From Tubulanus polymorphus (taxonomy: Eukaryota > Animalia > Nemertea), in the NCBI RefSeq assembly GCF_964204645.1, contig NC_134026.1, forward strand, positions 2,813,950 to 2,877,949: a stretch of DNA of 64,000 bases, written 5' to 3'. The position numbers and the translations under genes are program-made. The notes under the pieces were generated by a model that worked only from the letters and a program-made list of their open reading frames with translations, was not told the origin of the DNA and did no database searches. This document shows, piece by piece, positions 26,548-41,500 of this stretch (its first letter is position 1; every line of letters starts with the position of its first letter).

Positions 26548-29500
26548 ATGGGAGAAGTAAAAGGCTATTCAAATGTCATCAATATGAGCGATGCTTTTGT
26601 CAATATTTCCACGGGCGGAGTTTACGTAAATCGGAATTCTTCAGGTATCGGAGGAGGCGGTGAGGTGTTTTACGTACCCCTCAGTACGAATATCATTGTT
26701 ACATTGGCTTACGCCATCATATTTTTATTCGGATTGGTCGGAAACATTCTCGTGATACTGGTCATTATTCGTAATAAAGAGATGAGAAATTCGACGAATT
26801 TTTTTCTTCTAAACCTGAGCGTCGCCGATCTGTTCGTACTAACCATTTGTATGCCTTCCGCTCTGTTGGAGTTCCATTCCAAGGATATATGGTATCTCGG
26901 TGAAGCAATGTGTAAGTAATTTACTGTTAATCTATTAGTTAATTTGCCATCTGAAAATTACGGCTCGTCGCCGGCCACTTATATGCGGTCATATTCAACA
27001 TACAGACACATACAAACGAAGCGTTTTTCACCGGTAGATTCGGTTTCAATTTGCTTATGGAAAACAATTCAGTATTAGGCAAATTAGTTGTTCTAAGTGT
27101 CTTCCGATGCAAATGAAGCAGAAAGGAAAAAGTTGAGTTTTTCTCGTTAATGCTCTACAGAAATTCTATTCTGCTTCCATAGGCTTAACCTGCTTAACTA
27201 AAAGCTTAACCAGCGATCAATCTCAAAGTGCTTTTTATTTATATAAATTCTATGAAAACTCTTTGTATCTCAAAGAACGTACGAAGATCAGCAGTCATGC
27301 GAAACACTATTATAACGAGAATCCCACAATGATGACGAAAAAATAAAGACTGGAACACTGATGTTTTGTCAATCGCGGCTACAAACGCGTTCAGTTATAA
27401 TGACGCCAATTTAGTAATCGGGTGGAATTAAAATCATTTTCGTTGCAATCGCAGAAAAACGTCGTAGACTTTGAAACAATAAAATGCCCACTATATAATC
27501 CGAATGTGCTAATTTCATTATAGATTCAAATAGAAAAATATAAAATGCCAGTCAGATATTTTTGACTCTCGCTAGAGACTATCATTAGGCTTGATAAGAT
27601 AGAACAACGGTCACGTATACATTCTGGGGACAGCAAATTAATTGGGAAAATTGGCAAGTGACTTCTTAGTTAATTAATAGCGACGTATAAAGTGTATGAA
27701 AAAAAATGCATCTTTCGAAAATGGACGATATTCATATTCGTTGCAATGCAATATCCTGTTCCAATACGTATCTCTGTGATTCAACAATCATCGGGCAGAA
27801 AATGAACGGAAATCATTATCTATATGCACGTGTTATCGAAATAACTGACTGATATCTCAATCAATTTAAGTCAAAACCAAAAGTTCAATATCTCCGACAC
27901 GAGCAATCATGATATATAGTAGATTTTTCAATGAATGCGCCAGCATAATTCACGGAACTACACCGCGATTATTAGATTTAGTCGTTTTCCACTTGGATCG
28001 AATAATACGATATGAAATCGTTATTTGATTAAAAATATAATACTCCATCCTTTGAATAAAAAGCATCGAATCTAGATTTATCAGTCTTATATGAGATGAA
28101 ATTATAGTTTATTGAATAGCGAGAGGATCTTCGTCAGAGGCAGACTATTCACTGATGACGAACTTATAGATAACAGCATTTTAAAGAATGAATATATTGA
28201 TAGTTTTGCAGAGTTTATTATTCACTAGTTCATCGCACGCACTCTTGTCCCACAATATCTAATCTTTTCTCAACATGAAAAACGTGTTCAAAGTTCAAAA
28301 TTTACTCTCAATTACATGAACTCGATCAAGATGGAAGATACCGCGTGTTTATAGTAGTCTAATTCTATTGATCTAACTGATAGAACGACAACAATCTAGT
28401 TATTCGAATAATTGCACGTGTGTCACACCTCATTTTATTCTTCGTTGAAGGTCATATCTTTTTGGAAAAATATGAATGACTCGCGTTATTTGTCGATTGG
28501 AAATAGTCGATTTTCGGTTGGCAGGAATCGGGGATCACGGAAGCAATCATTCCGCGAGATTCGTCACCTGAGTAATTAAACTGGACCTGTTCTTCTGTTA
28601 GATTAATGGCAAAAGTGCGTGCAGGTAATGGCAAGCTTTCTAGCACTTTTTCAACCTCGGCTCCCCAAAGCGATGTAAATCTTATCTCGAATCGATGGAC
28701 GGACGTAACCACAAATCGTATTACGCATGCTATTCGGGTGAATTTGATGGAAACGTCACATGCTCACGACGGCAAATATTTTGGCATTTTTCATACGCAT
28801 AAGAAGGATATTCACATGCGTCATTTTGCACTTGGCAAATAATTTGACAAGCAAACCTTATTTTAAGAGAACTGAAATCAACTCTGCCTCATTAACTTTA
28901 TCTTCCATTAAGTCCATCGATATCTATCACTGCGAAGAAAATTGGAGTCGCTTTCGATGACGTCAAGTCTAAGAGAGCTTCGTCGCATTTATGTCAAGAT
29001 TTCCGCGGCAAAATCTAACTTCATTATCTCGGGTTGAGGGAGTTACTATTTTTAAACGCAGGTTACATTGAAAAGAATAAGAAAAATAACATGTATGTAT
29101 GCAAATTGTGGAAAATCGAAAATGTAGGAAAAGGCGTCCATTCTGAGTAAGAGTTAACTCCGAATTGAAATTAGTTAATTTTCAATGGGTAAACTGTGAG
29201 TTAAATCTTAACTCACAACTGTGGAACTGGGTCCAGGTTATCATTGTTATTTGAGTCGATCGATGGGTAGATTCGATTTAGATTTTCTGTCGATGTCATG
29301 ATATACATCTTCATTTTGCTGGTAAAACAAATAACTGTCTCGAAAAACTGTTCATATGTTCTCATGCCAGATCATAAGAACTTACACAGACAGATCAATA
29401 GCAATAAGAGAGGGACACTATCCTCTGATGAAAAATATCGTCTGGTATTCAAGCAATGAAGCAGTTTATCTTCAAGCGATCGCGTTATGGGAATAATTCA

Positions 29501-32500
29501 TACCATTTTATACCGGGCTGGCAAAGCGTACACGATGATGTATGCATCTGTCGTAAAGGGAAAACTACAAATTGCACTAATTATTGTTACTAAACCAGCG
29601 GACATGTTCATCTATATATATACCGCAAAACCATAAGCGGATTTAAATTGTTACAGAAGTGCGGCAGTACCATAAGGATTAGGCCAGTAACGGTTTCATT
29701 GGAAGCATTAGGGATCTCTTAAATTCTCAGTGAGATTTCCACCGCCGGTTTGTTCAATCATATATAAAAACATAGAACACGTTCGTGATAGGTGTTATTC
29801 CAGATGGGACTCTTTCAGCGCGAGCATCAGTCTGTGCGGTCCATCTCACATCACGCGTCTACTTGAATTATATTCGCTTGATCTGAATGATTGAAGCTCA
29901 CGCCGGTTTTGATCGTATACCTCGATTTACATCGCGTTTATCCGCGCTGCTTTGAGATGAAATAGCAGTTATTAGTTAATTAACGTATATATGAATGTTG
30001 TATTTATGCATAGTATGAAATACCAGATTAGGCGAATTTCTGCGAAACGTGTTGGCATTCTTCATTTTGTAACCTTTAGGAATATATGTCCACAATTCCT
30101 TGTTGTAGAATGATCCGAACATATTATCTTCGTATTTTTCGTGAATTCATTTATCATTCTTACAAGTAATATCCATGAGTTCAATTCAATAGATCATTAT
30201 TTATTGCCTATTACAATGATTGATGATAAAGTGTTCGAGTGTTCCTCTATGTTTTTAATAGAATAATTTGGAATTACACGGCGCGATATTTCCAAATGAA
30301 AACATTTATTATGCGGTCGATTTACGTGTAAAGATCAAAATGATATCCTCAATCAATAATGATCGATGCCGATCTACATTTTATCTGCGACCTAGATTTC
30401 ATTGTATGGAATATTCATCATGTTTACCTGAGATCTAATATAGATTTTGTGCGGCTGCCCTCCGAGTATTAAACGGTCTGATTTGTAACTCTTCGAATGA
30501 TGTTTCTTCTCTGCTTATTAAATGTGGGTGAAATGCTTTGGGTTAAATTTATTTTCATTTTCAATAAGTCGATCTGATCGCGCGACACCTGCATTATCAC
30601 TCTTACGTCACAGGTAGACAGACAGACAGACAGACACTCATGACGCGCGCCCTTGTCTCGTCGGCAAATAATACCTAATAAAACAATGTCTAGAAGTCGT
30701 TACGACATGAGCCGCGATGAACTGCATTACATTTTATTGACGAGGAATCACCGTGTATTGAAATGTGTTGGAATTGGGATGCAGTAATACAACAGCAATG
30801 AAAGTCTATCATTTCATGGAAATATTTACTATGAACTAATTTACTTAAGATATGGGTCGTTTGAAAATGTCCATGGTTAATTCAACTTTCCACTTGACAA
30901 TGAATAATAATATCCTGATCATAGCGAACATAATTATTGAAATTTACAATTTAGTTTTATAATGGTTGATAACGAATTGAACTTTTCCATAGAGGATGAT
31001 TATTTATTAACTGATAATAAAGCCATATTAGTTATATTATTATGTAAAGGTATATTATTAATTCTACCCCCGTTGTGGCCAATTGGATTGTACCAATGTG
31101 GGCGAGCACTTTTCCGCTTATTTGTCGTGTATTGCTCAATCGAAAAATATCACTCACAAGGAGTAGCCAACCGTGTATACCATCGTGATAGGCTCCTGAA
31201 TATGCTTAACTTTTTTTCCGTTCGTATTCGGATACGTCCTACTCTGCTCGATGGCCTAATAATTTGACATGATTGCAACGTGAATGCACGAAAATCACGG
31301 GTTGCATATTTACGATGTAAATCTTTTAGCGTCGTATATTGTCACTAGATGCTACCAGCGTCATACATCAGCAGATTGCTGATGTATGAACTTTCACGAA
31401 TGTCAGTCCGTAAGTTGTGAGCAATTTTTATGAGGGCCATATGCAAATCCTTCATAGTATCGGTTCTACACGTAGCAGTCCTTTATCGACACGGAAAATC
31501 TTTCAAAATCATCTTAAGTTCCAAAATCAGAAATCGACCTCTTTCGTAGTAAATGTCGTGTGATGACTATTAGCGATGCTCCATTTGCGTGGATTAAATG
31601 GTGATTCTTCATCATTTGAATATCACAGGAAAAAATCCATCTTTTACTGCGAAAATGCTATTGCAATTTTGACACCCCAAAACGTTAAAGTGTTCGAATA
31701 AATTCGACTTAATTCAATTTAGTAGATCAATATTTCATGTTGTTTAATGCAAGCGTTCTCGAGAGGTTACGTATTAGTTACGTTCTCAAAAGACAGAATC
31801 TCAAGCGAATAATTCCCCGATGACTGCGATATATGTTCTTTAATTGCGTCGATTCATCGCCGCCAAAACGAGGTTTCCGCGAGCACCGGGGGAGAATTCT
31901 GTGTGTTTCCGTCTCGACGAGGCGAATAACGCGAAATAACTATCATCCGCCATACGACGTTCTGTAGAATTTTTAATTTTTGATTTATAGGTTTTGCGTA
32001 TAATATCAAAATCACAACCAAATTGTTTATCGTTTACACTGCGAGCACAAAAATATCTAATAACCTAGAGAAAAAACTGACTTAATCATTCAAAATTAAC
32101 TGGTGATGAAATCGGCCTACTCACTGACAAGATCTTAGATCTTTTTATGAGATTTTCATATTTCTGCACTTTTGTTGGATGGTATGACGCCCGGATGACT
32201 ATTGATTTGACCTTTATAGTAATAGCCAGGATATACGCCTGTCGGCCGCCTACGATAGTGACAATCATTTCCAATTAAGATTAACGTGTCTCCGGTTCAT
32301 CATATTGATAATCGTAGAAATGCTATTCATATAATGATGTTAGATCATTGCATGCTAGTTGTGACATTCATTTGGTTTTACAATTTTCTCTTTGGTACAG
32401 CAACGCATTCAGGTGTCATCTCTTTCCACATAAATTGATAGTAGAAATTGATAATTATGCTTAATCCAAGACTAATAATTCAATTTGTCAACTTTTTTTC

Positions 32501-35500
32501 ATCACTGAGTGTCGAAACAAGTCAGATGAATCAATTAATATTGATCATCAAACGTTTGTATCTTTTCGTAGCGAGACTTCAGAATAAAACAGACCCGGGA
32601 GTGGTATTGGAAGGCTAATACACTTGTAATTAGAGACACATAAAATGTCTCATAAGTTTGATAAGCGTTATTACGATAATGACATCTGCCTTTAGGAACC
32701 ATCTTGTTTTACACTTCTTTGACTGTTTTTATACGCGTAAGAGGATGAGTGAGACTACTCGATTCATTTTAAAAGGCAGTTCGACTAGAATTCTTTCAGG
32801 ACAGGACTTTTACCCTCTTCTGGGAATATTCTTTTGCATTTGTATTAAGACTTTTCGAAGATGAGAGATGTGGTGTTTGGTGTACGGGTAACATTTGCGT
32901 CACACACCATCAGCATCTTGTTAGTCCGGCGCCAGTGGATGATATTAAATTGGCGGATCGCATGACGCCCGCACTTGTCTGGTGTAGCACTTGTTGTTTT
33001 TCGACTAAAAACTCTATGACGTGTGACCAAATTGATCGGGTTTTATGCGTAAGTTACGTTGATCCGAGTTAAAGTCCGTGGAATTGGGAGGACATAATTG
33101 TTTTGATCCCGAATTAGGTAATGACATCCGAAAAAGATAAGTAATTATTTTGATGAAGTATCGAAGAAGTTCGTAGTGATAAACGCACAGTATGAACCAC
33201 TGTAAGTGTACATGTCATTATCAAGATAATATTTCTCTCACATAGCCAAGAGGCACGTTACACTTCCCTGGATGCTAGTAAGCCACTGGTCATGGTGATA
33301 AAATGATAACCACTAAAACATTTTCCATCATCTATGCTGCGATGATTATACGCATAGTGCACATATATACATATATCTAGTCTCGATTACCTAATATCTG
33401 TAACGTTTTTTTTTGCTTTTAATGAACTTAACGCTTCATGACAAAAAGAATCGATTACGTTAGTTTCAATCAAGGATATGCAAAAACGACAAAGTAAAAA
33501 AGCAACTAGATGAAATATTCATTCAGTAAGGACTAGTTTTGAAGATGATCAATGACAGAAGTTTATCCGAGTTTATTTGTTATGGCGGCCAATTATGTCG
33601 ACGGACAAGCGGTTGAAGAAGCCAAATGTCGGTTTAGGGAAATCGTTTGGAGTGGTAATGTTCATTATTTTGACATTCTATTCGGTTATATTGACGATAA
33701 AGCCCGTAAAATGGCGCTGGAACGGAATTAATTCATGTCGTAGTCATATTATTCGCGTGAAATAGGCAGGTGCTTTCACTGTACCACTCACTAAGTCTGC
33801 GAATCATGTCCAGTTGCATTTTCGCTCGTTACCAGCGTTGTAAACAATGATAAACTTGTAAATATATTTCCCGAGTCAGTCGTTCATTTTACTGCCAAAA
33901 TAAGTAGAGCAATAACTTTGTCGATGTAGCTTATTATATAATTTAGGTGTAGGCCTATGAGAAATATTTATGCGATAGTTTTTTCACATGGGAGCATTCG
34001 AAATGGAAATAGTAAAAATATTTTCAATGTTCATCTAGCTAAATCTGGTTTGAAATAACTATTTCTTCTCGCGAGAAGCAGACAGAAAAGTTAAAAATCG
34101 TTGAAACCTGTTTAAAATTGATATCTACATAACCGTTAACTCAGACAGTAGGGAATTTAGCGAATTTAATGTCGGTTTATTGCTGGCCATTTCCGTGCGA
34201 AACTCACTCTAATGTGATCATAAAACCCTCTGTAATCCCATCAAGGTTGATGATAAAATCAGACAAGATGGAATTATGAGCGTCTTCTGGTTGCGCGTGT
34301 AGGTAGTGAAATAATTACAGACGCGTATTACCATTTTAACTGGATCTTACGTCGCCAATGAAAATTTTGAATTGCAAGACAAAATTATCCAAACGATATC
34401 TGCAACAACGTCGTTCGACATTTCCAGAAATAATGTGACTACGTAAGATGAAAAGGATCAAAGTTAAAATTTAAAAAAAGTCTTACTTATCATTGGTTTT
34501 ATTTCTTATGGCAAAGTCTGATCGTATTCATTAGATCGGCTGTTTTTCTTTATGCGTCTGGTTTCAAAGACAACAAGAAAATTAGAAGATGCTCTGAACG
34601 AAACTACATGTAGTTTACTCAGACGAATCATCTCAGGAAAGAATAAACTAAAACGAAGTTAATGATTGATAACGAATAATGAATAAATTTTTCGTAATTC
34701 ATTTGCGCATTGTGCATCTTATCAATCAAAAACAGTAGATACATGATCGGGTGATGGCGAATCATCCGAAGAATAGATACTCGATAAACTGATAAAAAAA
34801 ACTAAATCATCGTGAGTAATAATTTTGGAGCGAGTGTGTGTCTGACACCTGTCCTTGAGACCAGGGAGGTCATCCATGTTTTCGCCATGTTTGTTACTTC
34901 AAGAGAATTGATCAATTTCGTGTCGGCAACTGAAGTCGATAAATGATTATATTACGAGAGTGATTTCGTAGCAGTGATTACGAATGTACTTAAACGTCAA
35001 GCAAAATCGAATTATCGGAAGTTTATTGAATATCACAGCGATGAGGTCATACCACAATACATTAACAATTAACCTTGCTAGCCGCCATTTTGTTAGGCTA
35101 CTTTTCGTCCTGAAAATTATCAAAATACGAATAACGGATCAAATATCCAGTTTTTAATTCAATCACAACCACCAAGATGTTCTTATTCTCTTATTTGTAC
35201 ACGTGTCATCTTTCTATCGAGAAAGTCAGTCTACATCTTGTATTTCACCAGAAAGACGATGCGTTAGATTCATACAATGACCACTTTTATCTCAAGGAGA
35301 ATACGTCTGTCACTTCAGAAACATTAAACAGGTGTTTCGTATTGGCAGTATAACGTTTCTTTGTCGTTTATGCGCTGTTTTATGGCTTACAGTCAGAGGG
35401 TATATCGCTTTATAAATCATATATAGCAATATTCCGGATATTGGTTACAATAAACAATCACGATCGAGGACACAAAACGTGATCTGAAAGGTAATGAAGA

Positions 35501-38500
35501 GAAGTGTGACAAAAACCCGAGAGCGCACTGGAACAGCTCTGAGGTTTGGTGTGACTAGTGCGAGGTGGGTGTCTACGTGGGGGCCTAAGTTCCCTTTTTC
35601 AAACGGGAAAATACTGCTTTACCTCATAAATAACGCTATTCTGCCATTTATTTTTGGAGTAGGACTAAACTGGGAGTGAGACTAAAGCTTTAAACTCTAA
35701 GTTATTATAATGAACGGGAATATATCAATGCCTAGGTTGTAGAATTTGAAATCCAGTCGTTTTGGCCCTTTTTGAGAAAATTCGACTCCGTGCCCCCGTA
35801 AAAATCATGGGGATCACGCATGTCTCCTGCACGGACGCAGAGTGGTTCTGTAGCGTGCGCATCGAATCGATTCTGTTGACTTGTAACGACACTAACAAAC
35901 TAGCTAAATACCGCAGATCCATCGCGGTTCGTTGGAAAATATAAGTCAATTTCCTCCGTCTCTTGAAATTTAACGCTTAGTGGTTGATTACTTTCCCGAT
36001 TTCACCCCTTGAAATTTCCTCCGTCTGATGTTCACCTTATTTAGGTCTACGGATCGATTAGATTCAATTTGGTGACTCTCAAACAATCTATTCGTGAGAA
36101 GACTCGTTTTTTAACTGACATCCTATATGAGATTTGACATGCGTCTTTCGTTTAGAAAGGCTCTATAACCAGATACACTGAAATCATCGCTGATGATGAG
36201 GATTGAATATATATATTTTTGCTTGCAGCAGATATTTGCTGATATAAACGACGTATTTTCCTCGTCGCTTTTTTGTTATGGCGGCCAATCCTGTGTGTCC
36301 TAAAATGACAATGAACAAATTTCAATGTGATTCTATACAATTCGTTCTTCCCCGTCATTGATAATTCATAATCTTTTTCGTTTTTACGCAGAAAATCTCG
36401 TTTTTGGATCTTATATAACATTCGTGGAGTCCGCTGATAATTTGATTTCGCGAATAGCTCTGGCCAGTGCTCCGAATGATGCTGAATCCCGGGGAAAATA
36501 CATTCATTTCGCCCCGCTGTTTATAGTGTATGTTATTATGTCGTCGTTAGTATGGACATTCATCACAGCTCGCTGAGCGTAGGTAACGCATCTTGAATAA
36601 AGTATTTGATTGTGTAAAAATATTCGAAGCGCATTCTTACGCATCTGTATATAAAAGGAATATTTGATTATACTCCACGCAAATCAAATGTTGGCCTTAA
36701 AAATGTAAGCTTAAACGGTTAGGCCTCTTGAAGTAAAGTTACTTTTATAGGCAATAGGAAAGTAAGAAGATTTTCCCCTACGCAAATATGTCAATTTGGA
36801 ATATTTGAAAAATGAACTGATTTTTACATATAGCCAGCAACTCATTCGAACTGGGTGTGGTTATTATTGTACAGTACTTCTTCGAGAATGTCTTCTTGAT
36901 TGACTAACGTTTTGTATAGCGTGTTTCCATAAAGCGTCACTCAGAATCACTCAGAACACATCGTCGAACAATTTCCGGCGAATGCACTCCCATCGTTTTT
37001 TTGCTCTACCTCACGACGGTTCTTTTGGTGACCTTCACACAAGTAAGACAATTAATATGGCCACCCGTGTTCTTTTGAAATTGAAAATGATACCAAACAA
37101 TTTATCATCGCCCAGAGGCTTTCCTCGTGTTCACGATAATGCTCCAGTGCTACGATTATATCTATACGATGATCGTAGACAAACTTTTTCCAAAAAAAGA
37201 TGCACCGGTTCTGGAAGATCTATTTACCGTAGCACATTTCCAGCTCTAACATTCGAGTGATTAGATAACAAACACGTGATGAAGAAAAGCTCAAGGATTT
37301 CTCTCATTTCGTACACTTCCTAGTATTAAACATTTTAAGTTTTGGGTAGCGGCGCTCACGTTTGCTTAATTACAAGAGCTCCTTGCTTCTTCCGTATAAT
37401 TTCGCGGTCGAATTAGGCGATGTTTATTGCGGCTATTGTGGCTGTAATGCAACGCCAGATCTGAGCTAACCCAATTACGAAACTGGTCAGTCGGTAATAT
37501 TAGGAATGACGACTGCCTATTTACTGTCACACGAAACAAAAAATATACCGATAATATAACGATACCCGTGCACCTGGAAACACAAACCAGCGGCTAAAAT
37601 ACCACTCTGAAAACCATATTGGAGATGATGGATTAAGTACAGTACGGAACAAGGAATAATTAGCGCTTTATTGTGTCATTATGCGGACACAAATATAGAG
37701 AATAGAATATATTCGGTTACTCGCCGATGATAGTTAAAAGATTTCAATGAAGGTCTATGCGCCTTTCTGCTTAGGAGTAACACATAACTGGCGGGTAAAA
37801 ACTCGATTCAATTCGATCAATCTGGAAATCATTTGTCGATTTAATAATGATAATAAAAATGATAATTCATTTCCACAATAAATCACAATATGCCATTAAT
37901 ATATATATAAGAATATACAAGTATGGGATATTCTAATATAATGTGGAGGAGATTAGATAAAGCTAACAAAGGCTAATATTTGCTAAAACTATTTTACTTT
38001 ATCGGGAGGGCTGTAGCGAAAATTGTATGATTCTGTAACAGTACGCGATTCGATCATATCACACGTGGCATCACCATTTTTATTCATTTCTTCATATAGA
38101 TTTCTCCGGCGAATCCACCAGTGAATTGGTCCCTACTGATCTCAGAGAATTTGGAATTCTGGATATGAATTCAGTTTGAATTATTCATTTCGGAAGGAAC
38201 TCGAAACGGAAATTTCTACTTGATAATCTTTTATAAATTCAGTTTTGCATTTGGTTGAGACCTTATCGACATGACCATTTATTTTAGGATGCAAATTATT
38301 TTTTGTATTTTTGTTATTCAAGCAACGACATTAATTGAATCTGAAGCTGCTATTAATAACCTGTAGAAGCGGCTAATGATTGACGATAAAGAACATCTTA
38401 CGAAACTCATTCCCAACGTTCTGCGTCAATCGTGTTGATAATAATAAGATGTTCCCTAAATGACCATAGATGAATGTGAAGACTTCTAGAGAATGCACTG

Positions 38501-41500
38501 CTGGCGAAGCTTACCCGGTTTTGATGGAAATATATTCCAAAAACTCGTATTTCGAGAGAATACTTAATGGGTTTTCATTCTTAATAATTCACTTTGAAAT
38601 CTAATTCAAACCGTCCAAAATACCACGTTTTTACGGTTTATTTTCTCAGTTCGTACAATAATGTTTCGTTTCTACCAGACGTGATGGTTGGTAGGTTGAT
38701 TAAACCTGTTCCTCCCTAGGCTATTCTATACAGGAAGAATAAAATTTTTGCCAGAAATTGACACTTCTCCAAAGATAAGTGCTAGATATTGTGATTGGCC
38801 ATCGTGAAGGAATAAAACAAAAAAATAGTAGTAAACATGTATATTGATGAACACGTTCCACCTTGGTTTGTTAAGACACTGCGTCACGTTATCATTTGTT
38901 GTCGCTGTTCAAATGAATGGCATCAGAAATTCGTGTGGAGTTGATGTATTACTCGATAAAATCGGGTTTGACCTAAAGATTGTTTATCTCCCTGTAACAG
39001 TACGGCGGCGTGTAATGATGGCTGAATCGTGACAACCACCCGATTAAAGAATTACCTAATGAGGCAGTGACGTGATTTATCAAATACAATCCAGTTGTGT
39101 AGATGTCAGACTGCATGGCGCCCTTTTTAAGTCCCTACGATCACATTTTTAAATTGGGCATATAATGACTGAAAGTGAAGAGTATTTGTAATGTATATGA
39201 ACAAAATATCTGTGTAACAGACCCCCACCAGGACGATCGCGTAGAAATCTCAGTGTTTGTTCTCGGCTTTTAAATACCGTGATAATAGAATATCTGTCAA
39301 CAGGTTTTATCACCGAGTCGATGGATTGACGTGAAATTGATGTACATCGCCACCATTCAAGAATTCCTGTCTCCTACCATTACAGAGCTTAGTTACGATG
39401 GTCGAAACAGGGTGCAAATAATTTATTCAGAAGCTCTTTCATCTCCTAAGTCTCCGTACGTAAACCATCCTTTGTAAGGATTAATCTTAGACTAATTGAG
39501 ACATGAATGGAATGAATAATCATTTCTCCTACGTGAATCTACGTTTAGAAATACGTTTTAAACTTTGAATCCTACTCTGCTGATGCAGGTAATCAGTAGG
39601 TCATCATTTATAATGGTGTTTTTTGAGTAAAGTCTAATCAGAATCGTAAATGTACCACGAGCCATCCGTGACTTGATGTTTCGCCCCTCAATCAATCTCC
39701 CCTTCCCCCTCCTCTCCTCCGTCTTCCCCCCTCTCCATCTCTCCGTCTCTTCGTCCATCTCTTTATATCAACTGTGACCAGATCAGTATATATTTATTGA
39801 CAGTATATATAAATGTAGTCTTTCAAAAAAAGCAAAGAAGTCGACTTATTTGATATGTCAGATTCACAATCTGACGATGTAATGGGTCTCGTGTCCTTAC
39901 CACCGCAGACGAGGAAGCTTTAACAAACATAAGAGATGAGTAAACACTACATTTCCAGCAAAACAACCGACTGAAGATGGACGTTCAGTGTTTGACCGGA
40001 TAAAAGGGATATCTAATGTTATACGTGGTGTCTGGATTATGTTCCCCCAGTCATTTTCTTTATTTTACCTGACGTGGCTTGTTAGACATGTTGCTTTATA
40101 CATGTATCATTCCGCATGGACTGGGATAAAAAAAAACTGTAAAAAAACTATGTGAAATGTGAAACAGACTGAAGTGAAATGAAATCTTAAATGCTTATTG
40201 TGATTGTAGTTATAATTACAATTGCAATTATAGATTTTAATTACAATTATTATCATTGTCGTAATCATTATTATCTATTATCTATTATTATCATCACTAT
40301 TATGATCTAAATCACTACTATATAGACCTGTTTTTTCTTGTTTCTAATGCACTCTTCTTGCACGTTTGCACGTGGATCCAGTGCCGGATTTTGAAAATAA
40401 TCTTACTCTGTAATGTAGTTCAATGAAAATAAATCATTATTATCAATATCGAGAATTTCTATGGATAATAATGGGATGAGAATTCTCATCATCAATGGTT
40501 GCAGTTGCGTCCATTAGTCCTTCCTTGACCAGACGCGTGCAATGATATATCATTCGACTGGATAACCCACATGGTTCACCACCGTGAAAAACGGTCATCA
40601 TACGATCTTCTAACATAATAAAGGGATTTGGATGAAAATGAGTGCGCACGTACCTCATACCAAAACACAAAAAAACCCTGCATTATCATTTTCCGTTCTT
40701 ACCACTAAGGGATGAAAATTTGAAAAAAGAATCTCATTTCAGCCCGGCAGAAAACCCGTTATCGCTGCCTATGCCGCTATATTCCTTAATTGTTTTAAAC
40801 TTTGCGGTATGTTCAAACGAAATATCACGGCAAAAGTCGTAACGAGTTGCAGCGAATATGATTTACTACTCACATAAAGTTGATATGAAAAAATAGAATG
40901 ATCTATAAGAAACTTTCTCTTTTCCTGCTGAATTGTCTAGTGGACAGAGTGCTTTTTATCCACGTCATATAATTCCGTCCCTTTCTCTTCCGCAATCAAT
41001 CCTTTCGCGTGAACCTTTCATTTTTCTGTTCTATGCCAGCAAAACTGTTGATGTTTGCCTGCTAATAAAATCTGGCTTTCTTGATGTTGATCACGTGTAG
41101 ATAGAAAGGTGTGCAACCATACGCTTGTGCACGGTTTCATCTCATCCATCAATTCAATATGCGAATAATAAAAGGCAAGAGCTTCTGAAGCATTTGCAGA
41201 CGCAATAATCAACCTGCAACCACATAAAGTGATTGACAAACTAGATTTCACATTTTTTCAAGTTTAATATCAAATCAGACACCAGTATGAAAAAAAAATG
41301 AAATAAATCACTTCGTTGGTGACACACGTCGGCTTCTATTTGACAGTTGGGCGAATCTTAGCTCTTATGCATTTGTGAGTATGTAAGTGTCTTCTAAGGT
41401 TACGTGTGTGCCACTTGCGTACGTTTTTCAACACTATTCTAAGAACCCATCCATCAATATCCAATCCAAAGCGATTTGCTACCGGTGCCAGCGTCGCGCC

